DNA of 63,132 nucleotides, counting the filler, from Octopus bimaculoides (lineage: Eukaryota), in NCBI RefSeq assembly GCF_001194135.2. It is 4 parts of 4 records of this genome, joined end to end, with 100 filler letters (N's around TTAATTAATTAA, not from the genome) between each part and the next. Parts side by side here need not be neighbours in the genome. Positions count along the whole stretch, not along the records: positions 1 to 25,100 come from NC_068986.1; 3 more parts are not named here. The stretch is one strand, 5' to 3'. Positions 10,365 to 23,990 of this stretch are shown piece by piece. How positions within the stretch are numbered: the stretch's first letter is position 1; every line of letters begins with the position of its first letter. The position numbers and the translations under genes were made by a program. Under the pieces are notes generated by a model. The model did no database searches. It saw only the letters and a program-made list of their open reading frames with translations, and was not told where the DNA came from.

Positions 10365-11670
10365 AAACTACCTCCCGCCATTAGATACAAACTACTATCG
10401 CCATTACATACAATCTTCTCATTTAAATATAAATAAATGCGAGCGTAGTAGAGAACCCGTACCTTGTCATCACGTGACTGATCATTATTCGAATCAGCAA
10501 CTTCTTCGAACCGTTCCCGCCAGAACGCAAACTAACCAATCACGGCCCCTAATAAGGTCACATGNNNNNNNNNNNNNNNNNNNNNNNNNNNNNNNNNNNN
10601 NNNNNNNNNNNNNNNNNNNNNNNNNNNNNNNNNNNNNNNNNNNNNNNNNNNNNNNNNNNNNNNNNNNNNNNNNNNNNNNNNNNNNNNNNNNNNNNNNNNN
10701 NNNNNNNNNNNNNNNNNNNNNNNNNNNNNNNNNNNNNNNNNNNNNNNNNNNNNNNNNNNNNNNNNNNNNNNNNNNNNNNNNNNNNNNNNNNNNNNNNNNN
10801 NNNNNNNNNNNNNNNNNNNNNNNNNNNNNNNNNNNNNNNNNNNNNNNNNNNNNNNNNNNNNNNNNNNNNNNNNNNNNNNNNNNNNNNNNNNNNNNNNNNN
10901 NNNNNNNNNNNNNNNNNNNNNNNNNNNNNNNNNNNNNNNNNNNNNNNNNNNNNNNNNNNNNNNNNNNNNNNNNNNNNNNNNNNNNNNNNNNNNNNNNNNN
11001 NNNNNNNNNNNNNNNNNNNNNNNNNNNNNNNNNNNNNNNNNNNNNNNNNNNNNNNNNNNNNNNNNNNNNNNNNNNNNNNNNNNNNNNNNNNNNNNNNNNN
11101 NNNNNNNNNNNNNNNNNNNNNNNNNNNNNNNNNNNNNNNNNNNNNNNNNNNNNNNNNNNNNNNNNNNNNNNNNNNNNNNNNNNCATCTGTATAACAAGAA
11201 TCACGGCCCGGCATCGATGCCACGACATCACAACTAGTGATCAGCACTGCCGCACTCAGCCTCTCCTCACTTTCACATACAGAACTTTTCCTATAGTGTA
11301 CTAACGAACTGGTATAATTGTTCACGTGTCATTTACTGACTCTTTCTATCTGCTGTAATAACTCACACACATGTATCACTCACATACACACTTTTCTTTG
11401 TATGACGGCCTGTCTTTGATTATGTTCTTATATGTCGCATTCACACTCTCACACAGACATACATCTTTAACACTACAATAAATATCTCTGTTATTCATCT
11501 AATACGGTTGTGGTCTTTCATTACTGGTCATCTATGTTATCGTCGCATAACATATCTATATCATCTTTGATATATATATTTATATGTTCGACCGTGTGAC
11601 ACGTTTAAATAAAAGGAGTCCTGTTTTTCCATTCGTCACCATTTCTCTTTTTTGAGTTCGCACGGTCGTC
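10358..11670. mobile_element. Probable solo LTR or unclassified young repeat (CpG-rich)
   Basis: Begins TGTAGTG, complementary CACTACA at 11471-11477, AATAAA signals, CpG retained; gap inside; right boundary uncertain. Confidence 0.35.
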
Positions 11671-11786
11671 CCTTATATATATATATATTACAGAAGCTTG
11701 TTTGTGTTTTATGTGCAAAAACAAATATCGATTTGCAACCATGATATGAATAAAATGGCTTAGATTTTTATATAAATATATTTATA

Positions 11787-12300
11787 CTAGCAGGCCTTAG
11801 TCTGTACTGTGTTGGAATGTATTTATAAGATACATATTGGCATCTATCGTAATGCCCATTTTCCTTACAATAAAAGTTGTTAAAAAGTATTGAAATATCG
11901 CTGAATATAATTTTACAAATTTATTTAGAATATCTAAATAGAAAGTAACATAGATAATAATAGAGAAATGCATTGTATGAAAATTATAAAACATTTACAG
12001 AACTTCAATATATACAATGCTTTTAACTTTTTTCTTTTGAGCATATATGAAGAGTTTCTGTAGGTTTCCTACATACAATTGACCATGTGAGAAACAGTCC
12101 TCTTCTAGATGGAGACTGACAACTTGCAGTGTTTGACTTTGGGACGTGTCAATGGTCAATGCATAACTGACTCTCACTGGGAATTGCAATTGTTTGAAAT
12201 GAAAGGGGACATCTGTTGGTATTAGTAGTATTCTAGGTATAAATACTGTCTCCCTTATCACATCCAGTGAGGATTTTTGCTTTGATAAAGGTCAAATTAA
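11787..12300 (-). mobile_element. Helitron 3' fragment (PIF1-like helicase C-terminus, CTAG end)
   Basis: VFIPRILLIP...LQFPVRVSYALTIDTSQSQTL...CFSHGQLYV; CTAG at 11787-11790 followed by T on the minus strand. Confidence 0.9.
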
Positions 12301-12683
12301 ATGACAGGAAAAACTTGAAATATCAATTTTATTTAGTGTTTTCAGCAGTCAACGAGCAAACAAACAAACTTTGCTTTTTGTACAGATAGAGAAGAGATGT
12401 GTATTTGTATATAAGCTACAAATTCCACTTAAATTTATTCTATAAAAAGTATTTAATTTTATCTCTGCTTTGTGATGCTTTATAACATGAAAAGGATACC
12501 TAGAAGCTAATTGGTAACTTCTTATTTAAATTCTAATTTGGTTAGAATTGTTCTTAAGACATGCAAACAATTATATTATTCGAACAAGAACAGAAAATGA
12601 GTTGATTAATTTTGCAATAAAACAATAGATTTCTAAAAATAAAGACAAAAGATTATACTGATCTATTACTTTGAGACCTGTTG

Positions 12684-13065
12684 TTGTTGGCACTCCGTCA
12701 CTTACGACATCGAGGGTTCCAGTTGATCCGATCAACGGAACAGCCTGCTCGTGAAATTAATGTGCAAGTGGCTGAGCACTCCACAGCCACCTGTACCCTT
12801 AATGTAGTTCTCGGGGATATTCAGCGTGACACAGTGTGACAAGGCCGACTCTTTGAATTACAGGCACAACAGAAACAGGAAGTAAGAGTGAGAGAAAGCT
12901 GTGGTGAAAGAGTACAGCAGGGTTCACCACCATCCCCTGCCGGAGCCTCATGGAGCTTTAGGTGTTTTTGCTCAATAAACACTCACAACGCCCGGTCTGG
13001 GAATCGAAACCATGATCCTATGACTGCAAGTCCGCTGCCCTAACCACTGGGCCATTGCACCTCCA
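12684..13065 (-). mobile_element. tRNA-derived SINE, family B, near full length
   Basis: Reverse complement of the 44062-44435 copy, with tRNA-like head and (CAA)n tail. Confidence 0.88.
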
Positions 13066-13821
13066 CTTTGAGACCTAAATAAGTAGGAAATAACNNNNNN
13101 NNNNCACTTTCTTGAGTGGTTTAAGCCATAAATTTGGTTTTATTTACTGTTTCAGAGAGCCTTATTTATTGCCAAGATGTAATATGATGTATATGTATTT
13201 ATTGTCAAACTTAAGCTGAATAAAAAAAAAAAACTTTGATACTATTTACAGATTGTATGACATTTGAGCAAAAGTACTGCAGAGTAAACTCTCAGTCTCC
13301 AAACCTGTAACTTAGGTTCAATTTTCAGTTGAAACTGAGCTATTTCATTTTACAGTGTTTTACTTTCAATTTCTATTGGAATTCAGTAACCTGGAGACAA
13401 GAGCCTGTAAAGCTCCAGCCACTTATTTGTGTTCATAGGATGCTTTAATTTTTGAAAATAGATATTTGACTCTTCAGACATATTGAAATAAACTCTGGGC
13501 AACACAACGTAAACATTAGGCACCACTGTTTTGCTAACATGTCTGGGACTTGTTTTGGACTAAATGGGACATAGAAAAGAGGATGCCAATATGGTAATTG
13601 TTATAAACTACAACTTTGCAGACAGGTTATGCATAGTTTTTTTCATTATTTTTTTGTAAATAGAGATCTAATGAGACCAAAAACTAGAGCAACCCAAATT
13701 TCCTTCTACATACAGAGATAAAACATAGCTGTATAACTGTTTGTCTGGCTGTCTGTCAGCCTGCCTTGTCTGTCTGTTTGTTCATCTATTATGTGTGTGT
13801 GCACACACGTGCACACGCGTG

Positions 13822-13853
<32 letters not shown>

Positions 13854-14780
13854 TGTGTATATTTCAGCATACATTTTTCTAGTCTATTATAGACATTTTG
13901 ATTATCAGCATCTGCAAAGTTTCCCAAAGCACAGGCCTAAGCAAAGTTTTCTTTCTTTCTTAGATGAGCATGTAAATCCTCCACCTCCCCACAGCCAATG
14001 CTATCCAAAGGAAAGAAAGTGCCAACACAGCATGACACCAGTATCCTTGCGGATATCACTTTCAGAATGCAGCGACCTAAAACATGCAGGCAGTTCAACA
14101 CTCTAACATTTCCATACCAATTTACCACACTGAACTAGTNNNNNNNNNNNNNNNNNNNNNNNNNNNNNNNNNNNNNNNNNNNNNNNNNNNNNNNNNNNNN
14201 NNNNNNNNNNNNNNNNNNNNNNNNNNNNNNNNNNNNNNNNNNNNNNNNNNNNNNNNNNNNNNNNNNNNNNNNNNNNNNNNNNNNNNNNNNNNNNNNNNNN
14301 NNNNNNNNNNNNNNNNNNNNNNNNNNNNNNNNNNNNNNNNNNNNNNNNNNNNNNNNNNNNNNNNNNNNNNNNNNNNNNNNNNNNNNNNNNNNNNNNNNNN
14401 NNNNNNNNNNNNNNNNNNNNNNNNNNNNNNNNNNNNNNNNNNNNNNNNNNNNNNNNNNNNNNNNNNNNNNNNNNNNNNNNNNNNNNNNNNNNNNNNNNNN
14501 NNNNNNNNNNNNNNNNNNNNNNNNNNNNNNNNNNNNNNNNNNNNNNNNNNNNNNNNNNNNNNNNNNNNNNNNNNNNNNNNNNNNNNNNNNNNNNNNNNNN
14601 NNNNNNNNNNNNNNNNNNNNNNNNNNNNNNNNNNNNNNNNNNNNNNNNNNNNNNNNNNNNNNNNNNNNNNNNNNNNNNNNNNNNNNNNNNNNNNNNNNNN
14701 NNNNNNNNNNNNNNNNNNNNNNNNNNNNNNNNNNNNNNNNNNNNNNNNNNNNNNNNNNNNNNNNNNNNNNNNNNNNNNNN

Positions 14781-15040
14781 GGATGGTGGCGAACCCTGCT
14801 GTACTTTTTCACCACAACTTTCTCTCACTCTTACTTCTTGTTTCTGTTGTGCCTGTAATTCAAAGGGTCAGCCTTGTCACACTGTATCATGCTGAATATC
14901 CCCAAGAACTACATTAAGGGTACACGTGTCTGTGGAGTGCTCAGCGATTTGCACGTTAATTTCATGAGCAGGCTGTTCCGTTGATCGGATCAACTGGAAC
15001 CCTCGATGTCGTAAGTGATGGAGTGCCAACAACAACAACA
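14781..15040 (+). mobile_element. SINE family B, 3' part (head in gap)
   Basis: GGATGGTGGCGAACCCTGCTG...GGAGTGCCAACAACAAC matches 44062-44435. Confidence 0.88.
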
Positions 15041-15044
15041 TTAA

Positions 15045-15910
15045 TCTGAAGGGTTACTCCATACTTTCGGAGATGGCTATGAAAAAGTGATCTGAAAGGA
15101 TGCACTGAGGCATTGTTAGGCAATGCCCAGGAACAAGCTCTAAGAACTAATTACACCAAGTTCCAAATAGATAAGAGTAGCGAATCATCCCCTTGTAGGA
15201 TGTGTGGCAGCAGAAACGAAACAGTCTCACATATTGTGAGTGAGTGTAGCAAGCTAGCTCAAAAGCACTACAAAAGGAAGCATGATAACATGGCTAAGTT
15301 CGTCCATTGAAGACTATGTAAAAAGTACAGCCTGGACAGAGCACAGAAATGGTATGAACATGAACCAGAAGGAGTCACTGAGAACAATAAATATAAGATA
15401 CTGTAGGACTTTACAATCGAATGTGACTCCCTAATCGATGCTTGAAGACCAGGCATTATTGTGGTAGATAAAGGAAGAAGAAAACCAAGAGTGTAGATAT
15501 TGCAATACCTGGGGATGGATGCATTAGAGACTAAAAACTTGAAAAGATGGAGAAGTACAGACTACTAAAAGACAAAGCTGCAAGAATGTGGGCTATGAGG
15601 AGAGTGTCTGTCATCCTAGTTGTTGTAGAGGTACTTGAAACACTAACAACCAAGTTCGAGAAATATGTCAGAGAAATCAGAATTGACATGAGAGCAGAGC
15701 AGACTCAAAAAACTGCTCTGCTGGGGACAGCTAGAATTTTGAGATTGGTATTTGGGTGTTGAATGTCATCCATGATAATTAACAGTCAATTATCAAAGCT
15801 TATAATGTGCAGAAAGAGATCCTGTGAGACCACTGACAGGCTGCTGTCCGCTCTCACAGAATCAACCAGAGCAAGCAAGACCAAGTACTCTGAGAAGTAA
15901 AACAATAATA
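15045..15910 (+). mobile_element. R4/Dong-like non-LTR retrotransposon 3' fragment (CCHC finger plus restriction-like endonuclease)
   Basis: AQEQALRTN...CRMCG...ETVSHIVSEC...HD, WYEHEP, DIAIP, EKY, KTALLGTARILR. Confidence 0.88.
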
Positions 15911-15924
15911 AAAATAATCCGTTC

Positions 15925-16316
15925 GGATCTATTTTAAAACGGGGGCGCCAGTTTTCATTTATGTTTTATGTAGTGTTTTTGGTACCTAAAGACTTTCAAA
16001 CTTCGTATACTTATCTATTTTGTGTTATAGAACAGAAAAATATTTTTGTATTCGAATTTATTTCATGTAAAAAATTGTCATTTTTATGACCGCCCAGCAG
16101 TAACTCTATTGAGCTGAATAGACGTCAGTGATTGGTTGAAATTACAGAAATACGACAACTTTAACATGGAATAACTTGCGAATTCCTTTTTTTTGTTAAG
16201 AAGACTAAGAGTAAAAGATGTTTTATATGACACATTCTACCAGTGTCCCAAGTTTCAAAGTGTTTCGTTAGTGTTTCGTTAAGAAAATACTGGCGCCCCC
16301 GTTTTAAAATAGATCC
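15925..16316. mobile_element. Merlin-type MITE with 8-bp TSD
   Basis: TIRs GGATCTATTTTAAAACGGGGGCGCCAGT; TSD ATCCGTTC at 15917-15924 and 16317-16324. Confidence 0.8.
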
Positions 16317-17608
16317 ATCCGTTCTACTACAGGCACAAGNNNNNNNNNNGTGTTTTTGGTACCTAAAGACTTTCAAACTTCGTATACTTATCTATTTTGT
16401 GTTATAGAACAGAAAAATATTTTTGTATTCGAATTTATTTCATGTAAAAAATTGTCATTTTTATGACCGCCCAGCAGTAACTCTATTGAGCTGAATAGAC
16501 GTCAGTGATTGGTTGAAATTACAGAAATACGACAACTTTAACATGGAATAACTTGCGAATTCCTTTTTTTTGTTAAGAAGACTAAGAGTAAAAGATGTTT
16601 TATATGACACATTCTACCAGTGTCCCAAGTTTCAAAGTGTTTCGTTAGTGTTTCGTTAAGAAAATACTGGCGCCCCCGTTTTAAAATAGATCCATCCGTT
16701 CTACTACAGGCACAAGTTCAGAAATTTGTGGGGAGGGGGTTAGTCAATCACATCAACCCCAATGTTTCACTGGTACTTAATTCATTGACTCTGAAAGGAT
16801 GAAAGGCAAAGTTGACCTTGGCGGAACAATAATAAAAAATAAAAATAATAATAGCAGCAATATCTCGAGGTTCAACTACAGTTATAGGCCTTCTGGGGCA
16901 AACTAATGTTATAGGTACAAATGTTATCCATAATAGGGAAAACACTGGGTGCAGACTGGAGAGCACTACCCTAGACCCTAGCATGCCCTCTAATAATACA
17001 GCATCCATTTCACATCCATTCTGCTGGAGAGCAGAGCAGTCACCATATTTCATTCCATAACAGCTACCCCTGAAGAGCAGAGGGTTACATAATCAGATTG
17101 CTCTGTAACACTCCGTTGTACTCTTCATGTGAAACCAATTGGTAAGATTGGCTGTAATGGATATATAATATTGTACACTTCGATTAATATNNNNNNNNNN
17201 NNNNNNNNNNNNNNNNNNNNNNNNNNNNNNNNNNNNNNNNNNNNNNNNNNNNNNNNNNNNNNNNNNNNNNNNNNNNNNNNNNNNNNNNNNNNNNNNNNNN
17301 NNNNNNNNNNNNNNNNNNNNNNNNNNNNNNNNNNNNNNNNNNNNNNNNNNNNNNNNNNNNNNNNNNNNNNNNNNNNNNNNNNNNNNNNNNNNNNNNNNNN
17401 NNNNNNNNNNNNNATGTAATTTGCTACTAAAGCCTGCTATTTTCCATTTTTTTGTGTTATGTTGTTCTTATATTATTCCCATGCAATAGTGGAGTTATGC
17501 ATGTTTATCCAACCTTGGAAAATATACTGCTTTAGGGTAGCATGTGGTAGCCAATAACAGTATAGTATCTTTTAAATGCACATTATGAGGTTATTACCCA
17601 GATTATAT

Positions 17609-17654
<46 letters not shown>

Positions 17655-18815
17655 ATATATATGTTTATATGTAAATAAATATATGTAATACATATGTGTG
17701 TGTGGAAATATGTAGCTTAGTGTGATTTCAATTTCTAGATAGGAAGGTATTGAGCAAAACACTTCATTTTGCTTCTTTTCAATTTGATCCAGTCCACTGA
17801 GCTGGCAAAAATGAGCAATCCTGCGACAGACAGGCGTCCTGTCCAGGTGGGGTATATATACAGCACAGAATCCCTGAAACAAGCCTTATGAGCCTATGGC
17901 TCAGGAAGGGCCTTTGATATTGAGAAGATGGATGCAATGACAAGGGTCTTTAATCCTTTTGATATATATATATGCATACACACACACACACACACACACT
18001 TATATATATGCATATATATATATATTAGTTTCACTTTCTTTTGAATTTTTTTAACCATACTCTGTGGCCTTATACTGAATTTATATGGTGTACAAGTTTG
18101 GTGGCAGGATGTAAATTAAGTGGCCTTCACTGGTTTATTTAGTTTGCCAAGTTTAATAATCACTGCAGAGTGCTTACAAGATATTTGCTTGGATTTTGTA
18201 ATTTTTCATCNNNNNNNNNNNNNNNNNNNNNNNNNNNNNNNNNNNNNNNNNNNNNNNNNNNNNNNNNNNNNNNNNNNNNNNNNNNNNNNNNNNNNNNNNN
18301 NNNNNNNNNNNNNNNNNNNNNNNNNNNNNNNNNNNNNNNNNNNNNNNNNNNNNNNNNNNNNNNNNNNNNNNNNNNNNNNNNNNNNNNNNNNNNNNNNNNN
18401 NNNNNNNNNNNNNNNNNNNNNNNNNNNNNNNNNNNNNNNNNNNNNNNNNNNNNNNNNNNNNNNNNNNNNNNNNNNNNNNNNNNNNNNNNNNNNNNNNNNN
18501 NNNNNNNNNNNNNNNNNNNNNNNNNNNNNNNNNNNNNNNNNNNNNNNNNNNNNNNNNNNNNNNNNNNNNNNNNNNNNNNNNNNNNNNNNNNNNNNNNNNN
18601 NNNNNNNNNNNNNNNNNNNNNNNNNNNNNNNNNNNNNNNNNNNNNNNNNNNNNNNNNNNNNNNNNNNNNNNNNNNNNNNNNNNNNNNNNNNNNNNNNNNN
18701 NNNNNNNNNNNNNNNNNNNNNNNNNNNNNNNNNNNNNNNNNNNNNNNNNNNNNNNNNNNNNNNNNNNNNNNNNNNNNNNNNNNNNNNNNNNNNNNNNNNN
18801 NNNNNNNNNNNNNNN

Positions 18816-19127
18816 TGAGTGTTTATTGAGTGAAAACACCTAAAGCTGCACAAGGCTCCGGCAGGGGATGGTGGCGAACCCTGCTGTACTCTTTCACCAC
18901 AACTTTCATTCACTCTTACTTCCTGTTTCTGTTGTGCCTGTAATTCAAAGGGTCAGCCTTGTCACACTGTGTCACGCTGAATATCCTCGAGAACTACGTT
19001 AAGGGTACACATGTCTGTGGAGTGCTCAGCCACTTGTACGTTAATTTCACGAGCAGGCTGTTCCGTTGATCAGATCAACTGGAACCCTCGACGTCCTAAG
19101 CGACAGAGTGCCAACAACAACAACAAC
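18816..19127 (+). mobile_element. SINE family B (head in gap)
   Basis: Matches 44062-44435; (CAA)n tail. Confidence 0.88.
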
Positions 19128-19239
19128 ATGCACACACATATAAAGAGGGAGAGAGAGAGAGAGAGTGAGAGAGAGAAAGAAGGAAAAGCTTTTCAGTGCT
19201 GGTGTAGTATGTAATCTACATGCCACTGTGATCTAAAGC

Positions 19240-19670
19240 AACTTAAAAACATATTTCCATGGCACATAGACCTAAATGTTTGGCATCCGCTCTTTGTGCA
19301 GCAAAAAACAGGACAGGCTTCACCTCTTACTTTCCATGTCTCCTCCACATTTGCTGCATGAGTTAATATCTCCATGTTCATCAAGGAGTTCATAGCGTCG
19401 GAGAAATTCTATTGAAGCTTCTTCATCTCAAATAACCTGTGTGTAAAATTCTTTTGTTCTCATCACAAATTCTTTCAATGGGTTCAGGACTAAAAGTGTT
19501 TGAATCATAAAAGTTTTTTTGATTTATATACCAAACTAACTGGAAGTCGAGTAAATAGATGAATTTTAAACGTAGATCAAAAAGTCAGTGTAGATCACAA
19601 ACTAGACCACTTGAACTAATGTAGATCAAAAGCTATACTAGAAACATGTATGTAGATCACATACTGCACC
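19240..19670 (-). mobile_element. Merlin (IS1595-related) transposase 5' remnant
   Basis: DEEASIEFLRRYELLD...CSKCGGDMESKR / PVFCCTKSGCQTFRSMCHGNMF (zinc-ribbon N-terminus); repeated GTAGATCA motifs at about 19570-19670. Confidence 0.6.
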
Positions 19671-20295
19671 AGCACCAGCTTTTCTTTCAGATATGTCATG
19701 CTGAAGACACAACTGTGCTTGAGATTTAATCTTTTTATTGATAATATGTCAGTTGCTAGTCTTTCACATATAGTTTGGAATAATGACATTGCTAAATATA
19801 CATAGAAAGAATGAATGCACATAAATTTGACACCAGGTAGGTGGTTTACCAAGCAAACAATATAACCTGAATTACATGAAATTCATTTAACTTCAAACTT
19901 GTTTGACTAGTTCAAGTGTGCAACATGAAAAAAGAAATAAAAGAAACTCTTTCCTTAATTTCAGTAATTTATTATTTTGATAATCAAATAATATTATTTT
20001 AAAAATCATTTATTTGATGCTATACATTTTTACTGTCTAACATACTATCATCTTTTAGCACTTGCAATTTCACTTGCTGTTGTAAATGGTTTATTCCTAA
20101 ACATTTTAAATAAAAAAGAAAAACAACTAGTCTACATGATAACAGTTTGACTTCCACATTCAAGAAACTTATAAAAATGAGATTTTTAAAATTTGTTCTA
20201 CTACTATGACTGCTGTTGCTGTCACCACCACCGCCACCACCGCCACCACCACCACTACCATCACCACCACTACTACTAATAATAATAATAATTTG

Positions 20296-20785
20296 TCTTG
20301 GTATAAAAGATGGGCGGCAGCAAATATTCTGCTCAGTTCCACAGATTTGCTTGACAGTTGTTTGACCGTAACCAGTTGAGCATGTCTCTTAGTGGCTGAC
20401 GATATGTGCATCTCTGATCATGAACAGAAATAGTAGGGGATCATCATAGCCATGTATTGAGAGGAATTCTTTGGAGTTTGAATAATTCACCTCTGAAAGC
20501 ATGGATGTTTCATTCAATATCCTTAAACAACGGTTATTCAGGGACCTTTTGAGCAAGATGAGCTACTTGACCTGAAAAAAATTCTAACTGGGCCCCACCT
20601 ACAAAGTCATGCACTGTTTATCTTGAGATAAGATCACCATGTCGTGCACATATGGTTGTGATGCATGTGCCTGGTGTACCCTTATCAGACGGGTAGTCAT
20701 GATGGGTATACTGGGCTTCGTATATTTTACCTCAATGTCACTTTGATGGCATGCACTGCTCTCTCACTCAATAATAATACTAATA
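20296..20785 (+). repeat. Non-coding interspersed repeat of about 480 bp ending in (AAT)n
   Basis: Second diverged copy at 22806-23280; probably retroposon-derived. Confidence 0.75.
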
Positions 20786-20894
20786 ATGATGATGAGGATA
20801 AGGATGAGGATTTCTTTTATTTGACACCAAGGCGATGGGTGTGGGGGACAACATAAAAATAAACATAAAGTGTGCGGGTTAACATATAGTGAAA

Positions 20895-20942
<48 letters not shown>

Positions 20943-21029
20943 CAAACATAGAAATATACACAGTATATAATAAGACAAAATGTGAAGTATACGTAATATA
21001 TAAAAGGAAAATAAAAAAGGGAGTGATAG

Positions 21030-22140
21030 TGTTATGGTCCTCCTGATACAGGAGGACCTCTAGGGACAATCAAAGAACCCACCATTTAAGATCTTCCTGA
21101 ACAACAAGAGCCTCTCCAGTTCCTGTTCTTAGATTCACAGGTCTACACTTAGAGTGGTGTCATCCACTCTTGACACTTTTGCTACTTTCATCCACCTTTG
21201 AATAAATTCACTCAAAGACAGCACCTTCCTCTCAACCCTCATTTCTTTTTCAAGTGAAACTTTGCAAAAAATTTACAAGGGATCTATCAAAGAGACAAGT
21301 CTCTGTCCTCAAGCCTTTCAGCCTCATCTACCAGACAACATCTTTTGCAATTGCCACCAGACAAAGGAAAATTGTCTTACCTGTCTAATTGAAGGAAGTT
21401 TGTGGGTCAATCATTACTATGAAGTCAGCCAACTCATAGATCCATACCACACACAACAACAACTGTTCAACAATACTCCGCAAATCAGTAAGGTTGGACA
21501 TTGAAAAAGTGTACGTAGAATGATTTCGTCAATGTTTGTGCATATGAGACAAGCTGATCTGATTGCACATCTATGCCTGTAGAGTTTATCGCAAACTTGT
21601 AGCACCCCTCAGTAGCACTGCAAGGCCAAGGACTTCTGGAAATTATCCACAGTGATCTCTGACTGGAAAGTCTTCCAAAATAGACTAGCAAGTTCATTTT
21701 CATCAATGCCTAGAGTCTTCCTAAGAGCATCATCACACTTCCTACACTAAAGCACTAATCCTTTATATATTGCTAGAATGGAACATCTATTGTTTGACTG
21801 GTAGAGGTCTGTGAGCACCTGATGACATTCAAGGCACCAGGCACCCAGTCTCTGACTTTCCTACACCCAAGGATGCAGCTCCATCAAGGATACAAGCTGC
21901 AGAAAGACTTGTCTCACAAACGGGGCCCACACACATTCACCATCTCAGAATCATTGTAGGTACAAAACATCAGAACATCTGTGTATTAGAAGCCACAGCA
22001 TACCTAGTTCACCATGCAGAAGGTGCTGGTAGCACTTTGACTGCCTGACCATTGAAATGCATCCTTTCCACAAGGAAATAGATAACAGGCATTCCAACCT
22101 GATCAAGTGGTAGCCAGAGCAAGGCACAATAGGCAAGTGA
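21030..22140 (-). mobile_element. L1/Tx1-like LINE post-RT fragment, highly degraded
   Basis: LECLLSISLWKG...VRQSKCYQHLLHGELGMLWL resembles the Tx1 FLW.G...GGLG motif region. Confidence 0.6.
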
Positions 22141-22805
22141 TAAATAATAATGGGAGTGATGTAGGCACAAGAACAGTAATTTCAAGTGATGGGGAAAGTA
22201 AATTACATTGACTCCAATATTCGACTGATAATTATTTTATTGATTCGAAAAGAATGAGAAGAAAAGCTGACCTCCGCTGTATTTGAACTCAGTATATAAA
22301 ACTGGAAGAGAGGGCACAAAGCATTTTACTTGATGTGCTAATAATTCTGCTTTGAAATAATAAGAATGATGGTGATGATGATAGTGATGGACTCCCCTAT
22401 TGAAGACAACATATGAGAGTTCAACTTTTGTTGAACAACCTGCACAAATGGTTTGCTTATAGTAATCAAATATATGTGCTGTACATTAGCTCACTCCATT
22501 CACCAAATCTACTTTGCATGAACAGGTGCATGGTGTACCATTTGTCAGGTGTCAAAGTTATTGCAGAGCAACATAAAATGAAGTGTTTTGCTCAAGAACA
22601 CAACATACCACCCTATCAAGGAACTGAAACAACAATCTCATGACCATGCATGCAACACCTTAACCACTAGAACATGTGACTTAACAACAACAATAGCAAC
22701 AGTAGCAGCAGCAACAACAACAACAACAACAACAGCCCTGATGCAATACCAGGTAGTGACTCTCATGGCTTTTGATTTTAAATAACTGGAAGGGTTATAA
22801 TGTAC

Positions 22806-23280
22806 ATTGTTTTGTCTTAGTATAAAACATGGGCTACAGCAAATATTCTGCTTGTCAGTTGTTTGACCTTAAACGGTTGAGCATGTCTCTTGGTGGCTGA
22901 TGATATGTGTATCTCTGATCATGAGCAGAAGTAGTAGGGGAGTGTCATAGCCATGTGTTGAGAGGAATTCTTTGGGATTTGAAAATTCACTTCTGGAGAT
23001 ATGGGTGTTTTGTTCATCATCTTTAAACAACTCTTATTCAATGATCTTTTGAGCAGGATGGGCTACTCAACCTGAAGAAAATTCTAACTGGGCCCCACCT
23101 GCAAGGTCATGCAGATATGAGATCATAATATTGTGTGCATATGGTTGTGATGCATGTGCCTGGTGTACCCTTATCAAATGAATTGTTATGATGGGTATAA
23201 TGGGCTTCATATATTTGTACTCCAGTGTCACTTTGATGGCATGCACTGCTCTCTCACTCAATTATAATAATAATAATATT
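22806..23280 (+). repeat. Second copy of the 20296-20785 repeat
   Basis: Colinear similarity over about 470 bp. Confidence 0.75.
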
Positions 23281-23574
23281 AAATGAAATACTGCTTAGCA
23301 TTTTGCCCAGCATGCTAATGATTCTGTCAGTTTACTACCTTTATCATAATAATAATGATGATGATGATGATGATGATGATAATCATCTCAAAACAAATGT
23401 AATTTTTTCTAATGGTTTACATACAAACTTATAAACTCTAAAGCAAAAAAGAAAAGAAAAAAAGAAGACAGAATGTTGGGTCATTTATTAGGCATGTTTC
23501 CACGATTATTCAGCCTCACTAACAATTACTAGAGAGCTACAACTTGAAATTAAATCAACATATAAGGCTTCATC

Positions 23575-23990
23575 ATCATCATCATCGTCGTTTAATGTCT
23601 GCTTTCCATGCTAGCATGGGTTGGACGATTTGACTGAGGACTGGTGAAACCAGATGGCTACACCAGGCTCCAATCTGATTTGGCAGAGTTCCTACAGCTG
23701 GATGCCCTTCCTAACGCCAATCACTCCAAGAGTGTAGTGGATGCTTTTACGTGCCACCGGTACGAAGGCCAGTCAGGCGGTACTGGCAACGATCTCGCTT
23801 GAATGTCTTTACATGTGCCATCCGGCACAAGTGCCAGGAAGGCGATGTTGGGCACAGGTGCCATGACGATTTCACTTTCGCTTGCCCCAACAGGTCTTTG
23901 CAAGCCGAGTTTCGTGTCCAATGAAGGAGACGATGTTGGCATGGGTGCCAGTTGTCGAATTTAATTCAATTTCAATTTCACTTGCCTCAG
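23575..23990 (-). mobile_element. RTE 3'-UTR-derived repeat
   Basis: (CAT)n-CGTTTAA.GTC.GCTTTCCATGCTAGCATGG start, shared with 6945-7115 and 27258-27560. Confidence 0.75.

Noticed and set aside
16350-16710. Identical tandem copy of the Merlin MITE right part plus flank
   Set aside because: Identical sequence on both sides of a 10-N gap indicates unmerged overlapping contigs.
16860-17190. Possible exon (open frames on both strands)
   Set aside because: No consistent acceptor-donor pair with a recognisable peptide; truncated by a gap.
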